From Eukaryota sp. GEM-RC1 (lineage: Eukaryota), in the NCBI GenBank assembly GCA_040285855.1, contig JAUFOQ010000013.1:1922001-1986000 (forward strand): a DNA stretch of 64,000 nt, written 5' to 3'. How positions within the stretch are numbered: the stretch's first letter is position 1; every line of letters starts with the position of its first letter. A program made the position numbers and the translations under genes. The notes below the pieces were generated by a model. That model worked only from the letters and a program-made list of their open reading frames with translations. It was not told the origin of the DNA and did no database searches. Below are positions 61,293 to 64,000 of the stretch, in pieces.

Positions 61293-61740
61293 TTGGATTT
61301 CACGACTGTTGATCCTTGTAATTCAAGATCAATTTCAAAAAATTTTGATGATGATTTTTCGGCTCTTGAAGTGGCTGAAAAAGGAAAAAATACAAAGTAT
61401 TGTCACTTAATTAACCAATTGAATGTTGACAGGTACAATTCTTTTGTGTTTCAACCTTTTGCGATGTCGATATACGGTAATATTGGACCAGCTGCACAAG
61501 GTTTTTTAACCTCCTTTGGTAAATTGTGTTCTGAGTATGGTAAAGTTTTCAATGAAATTTTTTGGTTGAGTAGGTTAACGTTTGCGTTGTTTCGTTCAAT
61601 GCACAGATATTCTAATTCAATTTTAGGTAAGTTGTTCGGTGATGGACAGAAGGATCATAGTTTAGATACTTTAGTTAGTGTCTGTTAGTTATTAACTTCT
61701 GCAAATGCATTTATTTCACTGACTGATCATAAACCCCGTT
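61293..61740 (+). mobile_element. 5'-truncated CRE-like element, family 1 (RLE plus 3' end)
   Basis: Same RLE ORF as 1873-2154, with an intact C-terminus. Confidence 0.88.
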
Positions 61741-62049
61741 CTTTAACATTTGGTCAATTTATCTGTACTCCTCCCATTCTTATGGTTTATGGTTGAGGTT
61801 AGCAACCCAACTAGCCCTAAGATTTGAAAGGCTGGCCGCAAAACCTGTTAAGCCGACTCAAAAACAATTTTTTTTGGATGGAATCAATCTGTTGAATTCC
61901 AGTAATTGCCGTTGGATTCAAGCTGCTAAAGATTTGGTATAATCCTTGTCTCCTGAAATGTAGGAATCTTTGCTCACTGCTCAATTGGAGGAGACTCCTG
62001 TAAGAAAAGTATTTCATCTCTACCGTCTGCTTTATGTAAGCTGCAAAAT

Positions 62050-63186
62050 AAATTAACAAGGAGTTTGAACTCTTGGACTTTAATAATCGCATTGGCTAAA
62101 ACTAATAGTCCCGAGTTCGCTGCTTTTTTAATTGACGTTTGTAATCGTGGACCTTCTGGATTTATTTCTCAAATTCCAAAGGTGTTTGGATTACATCTAT
62201 CTGATGAATCTTGGATGATCAATATGCGTTTTCGTTTGGCTATTTGGTCGGCAAATTTATTAAACTATTCAACTTGCTTTTGTGGAGCTAATGGTGTTTT
62301 CGTCATTTAATAAATTGTCTAAAAGGTTTTATGTTATAAATTAACGAAATACAAACAACTAGTACTTATAAGATATTAAATGATCCACATCTACTCTTGA
62401 ACTACCACGATACAATTTGTCCAGAATACGATTCAAATACTTTGGGAAACTTCTATATAAGGAAGTAACAATGTGATTGCGCCAAAGAGACTGATTAACA
62501 ATTAAATAATTGTCGTTTTTTATTCATCTACGTGCAGTAATTCATGATGGAGGACGTGATTCTTGTTATTCCATGTTTAAAGGACATGGTTTTCACTCCA
62601 AAGTTGAACCAGTTTTGAATCATCTTTCAAATAATGAATTTACTGATCAAAAAAGAGGGGATCTCCATACTCCGTGGCTTAAATCGAGTTAATCATCAAT
62701 GGATTTTACTACAGCAGATGTATGTAACAAATCATGTGTTAGTAGGCTATTAGATTCTTCCTTTAATCCATTAACAGCTGCTGAAAAGCTCAAACACTCC
62801 AAGTATGACTCTCAAGTAGAAGAATTAAATAGAAACTCATATTCAAAATTTGTGTTTCAACCCTTTGCTGTTTCTCTTTTTGAATCTATTAGTCCTGCTG
62901 GTGATCAATTTTTCAAGGATTTCGAAGAATTGTGTAAAGAAAAGAAGCGTAAGCTTAGAATAGCTGAATGGAAAATCCGTATTGTGTTTTCCATATATCG
63001 GAATATGCCTTTTTATTTCTCTAGATTAATTGAGAAATTGTACAAGTTTGGTGTGAAGGCTAATGTTGATAAACGTAATCTTTTACCGGGTGGTGATGAA
63101 GTCGTTTGGATTTAATCTTAGTATTATTTGTTTGTTTTTACAATTTCATAGTTTTGAAGGAAAGTTACCTTATTGGGTGCCGAATA
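62050..63186 (+). mobile_element. CRE-like element, family 2, 3' portion (interrupted near 62320-62490)
   Basis: WMINMRFRL..CFCG, HD..RD, RGDL, MDFT, AEKLK..KY and FQPFA motifs. Confidence 0.85.
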
Positions 63187-63254
63187 CAGTTTTCTTTTTT
63201 CTAATTTTGACAAAAAAACTAAATCAGGGGGTGAATATATAAATCTATTTTGTA

Positions 63255-64000
63255 TTGTTTTCTCAATCAATTGATTTAGAAATCAAACTACCTAAATGTT
63301 TTCTTATTGGTAAGCGGTTTGCGGAACTTATGTATGGTGAGCAATCAATCCAGTTTGTGGACTACAACACTGATGCAGTCCGTTTTTTGGGTTCCTATTT
63401 TGGCAATCCTTTGCAGATTGAGAGCGCGCTCAACAATTATCTTCAGAAAATCAAAGTTCAATTGCAGACTATACTAGATCTCAAGATCGATAACCACTTG
63501 TCTTTTTCAGTGCTTCCGGTCTGTTTTGGATCGAAAATCAATCATCTTCTTAGATCTTTACCACCTGAGCTTTCTCTTGGTTTTGCTCGTGAGTTCAACT
63601 CTTTGAGAACTCAATTTTTAGGGAATTTGGTTGAAGTCAATAGTTCCAAAATTCCTTATCATGCCTTTTCAGTCCAAAATTTGGTGGTGTTGGTTTTTCA
63701 AGAGCGGAGTATTTATGTAAAAGTGCTTTCGTTGGTGGTAAGATGAACTTTCTTTTTGAGAGTAAGCTTCGGTTCGAAAATATTTCCGATTCGGTCGTAG
63801 AAGGTTCTTATGCTTTATTGAACTCTTTGGAGGAGTTAGTTCAAGGTTTACCTAATGAAGTTTGGTTGTAAAAGTGAACCTCTTCTGAAAAATTATAGTG
63901 ACAATAACGTGTTTGATTCTCGGCGTGGTGACTTAATTGCTCCTTTTCTGGATTCATCTCAAGTTGTGGTTGATTTTACTACAGTAGACATGTTTGCAAA
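63255..64000 (+). mobile_element. CRE-like fragment (RT end joined by deletion to the RLE region)
   Basis: VRFLGSY, KINHLLR and FGGVGF motifs, then RRGDL..VVDFT at the window end. Confidence 0.8.

Overview
AT-rich eukaryotic (protist-like) genomic DNA. It uses the standard genetic code, has 31-34 nt GT-AG introns and very short intergenic spacers. Roughly 70% of the window is nested transposable elements and repeats. These include: (1) an ~815-bp tandem repeat (51-2780, with an inverted interrupted copy at 37040-45912) that hosts several insertions; (2) Ty3/Gypsy-type LTR retrotransposons with very short LTRs (66-91 bp), no tRNA primer-binding site, a long Ser/Pro-rich N-terminal extension and a chromodomain-like tail (one full-length copy at 37132-43898, one deleted copy, and two permuted copies inside a 4.46-kb tandem duplication); (3) many fragments of several CRE-clade-like non-LTR retrotransposons with a restriction-like endonuclease (RLE); (4) hAT transposons (one intact, several deleted or MITE forms), a pogo-like element and a deleted Mutator-like element, most with readable TIRs and TSDs. 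Host gene islands encode an EF-hand/WD40 protein, an LRR protein, a coiled-coil protein, a RasGAP-like protein, a CK1/TTBK kinase, a zinc-finger protein, a secreted LRR protein with a prokaryote-like C-terminal module, and ornithine aminotransferase. Several host genes are split by 1-nt frameshifts, mostly at homopolymers, so these are probably assembly errors. All homology calls are by eye from motifs; no database search was run.
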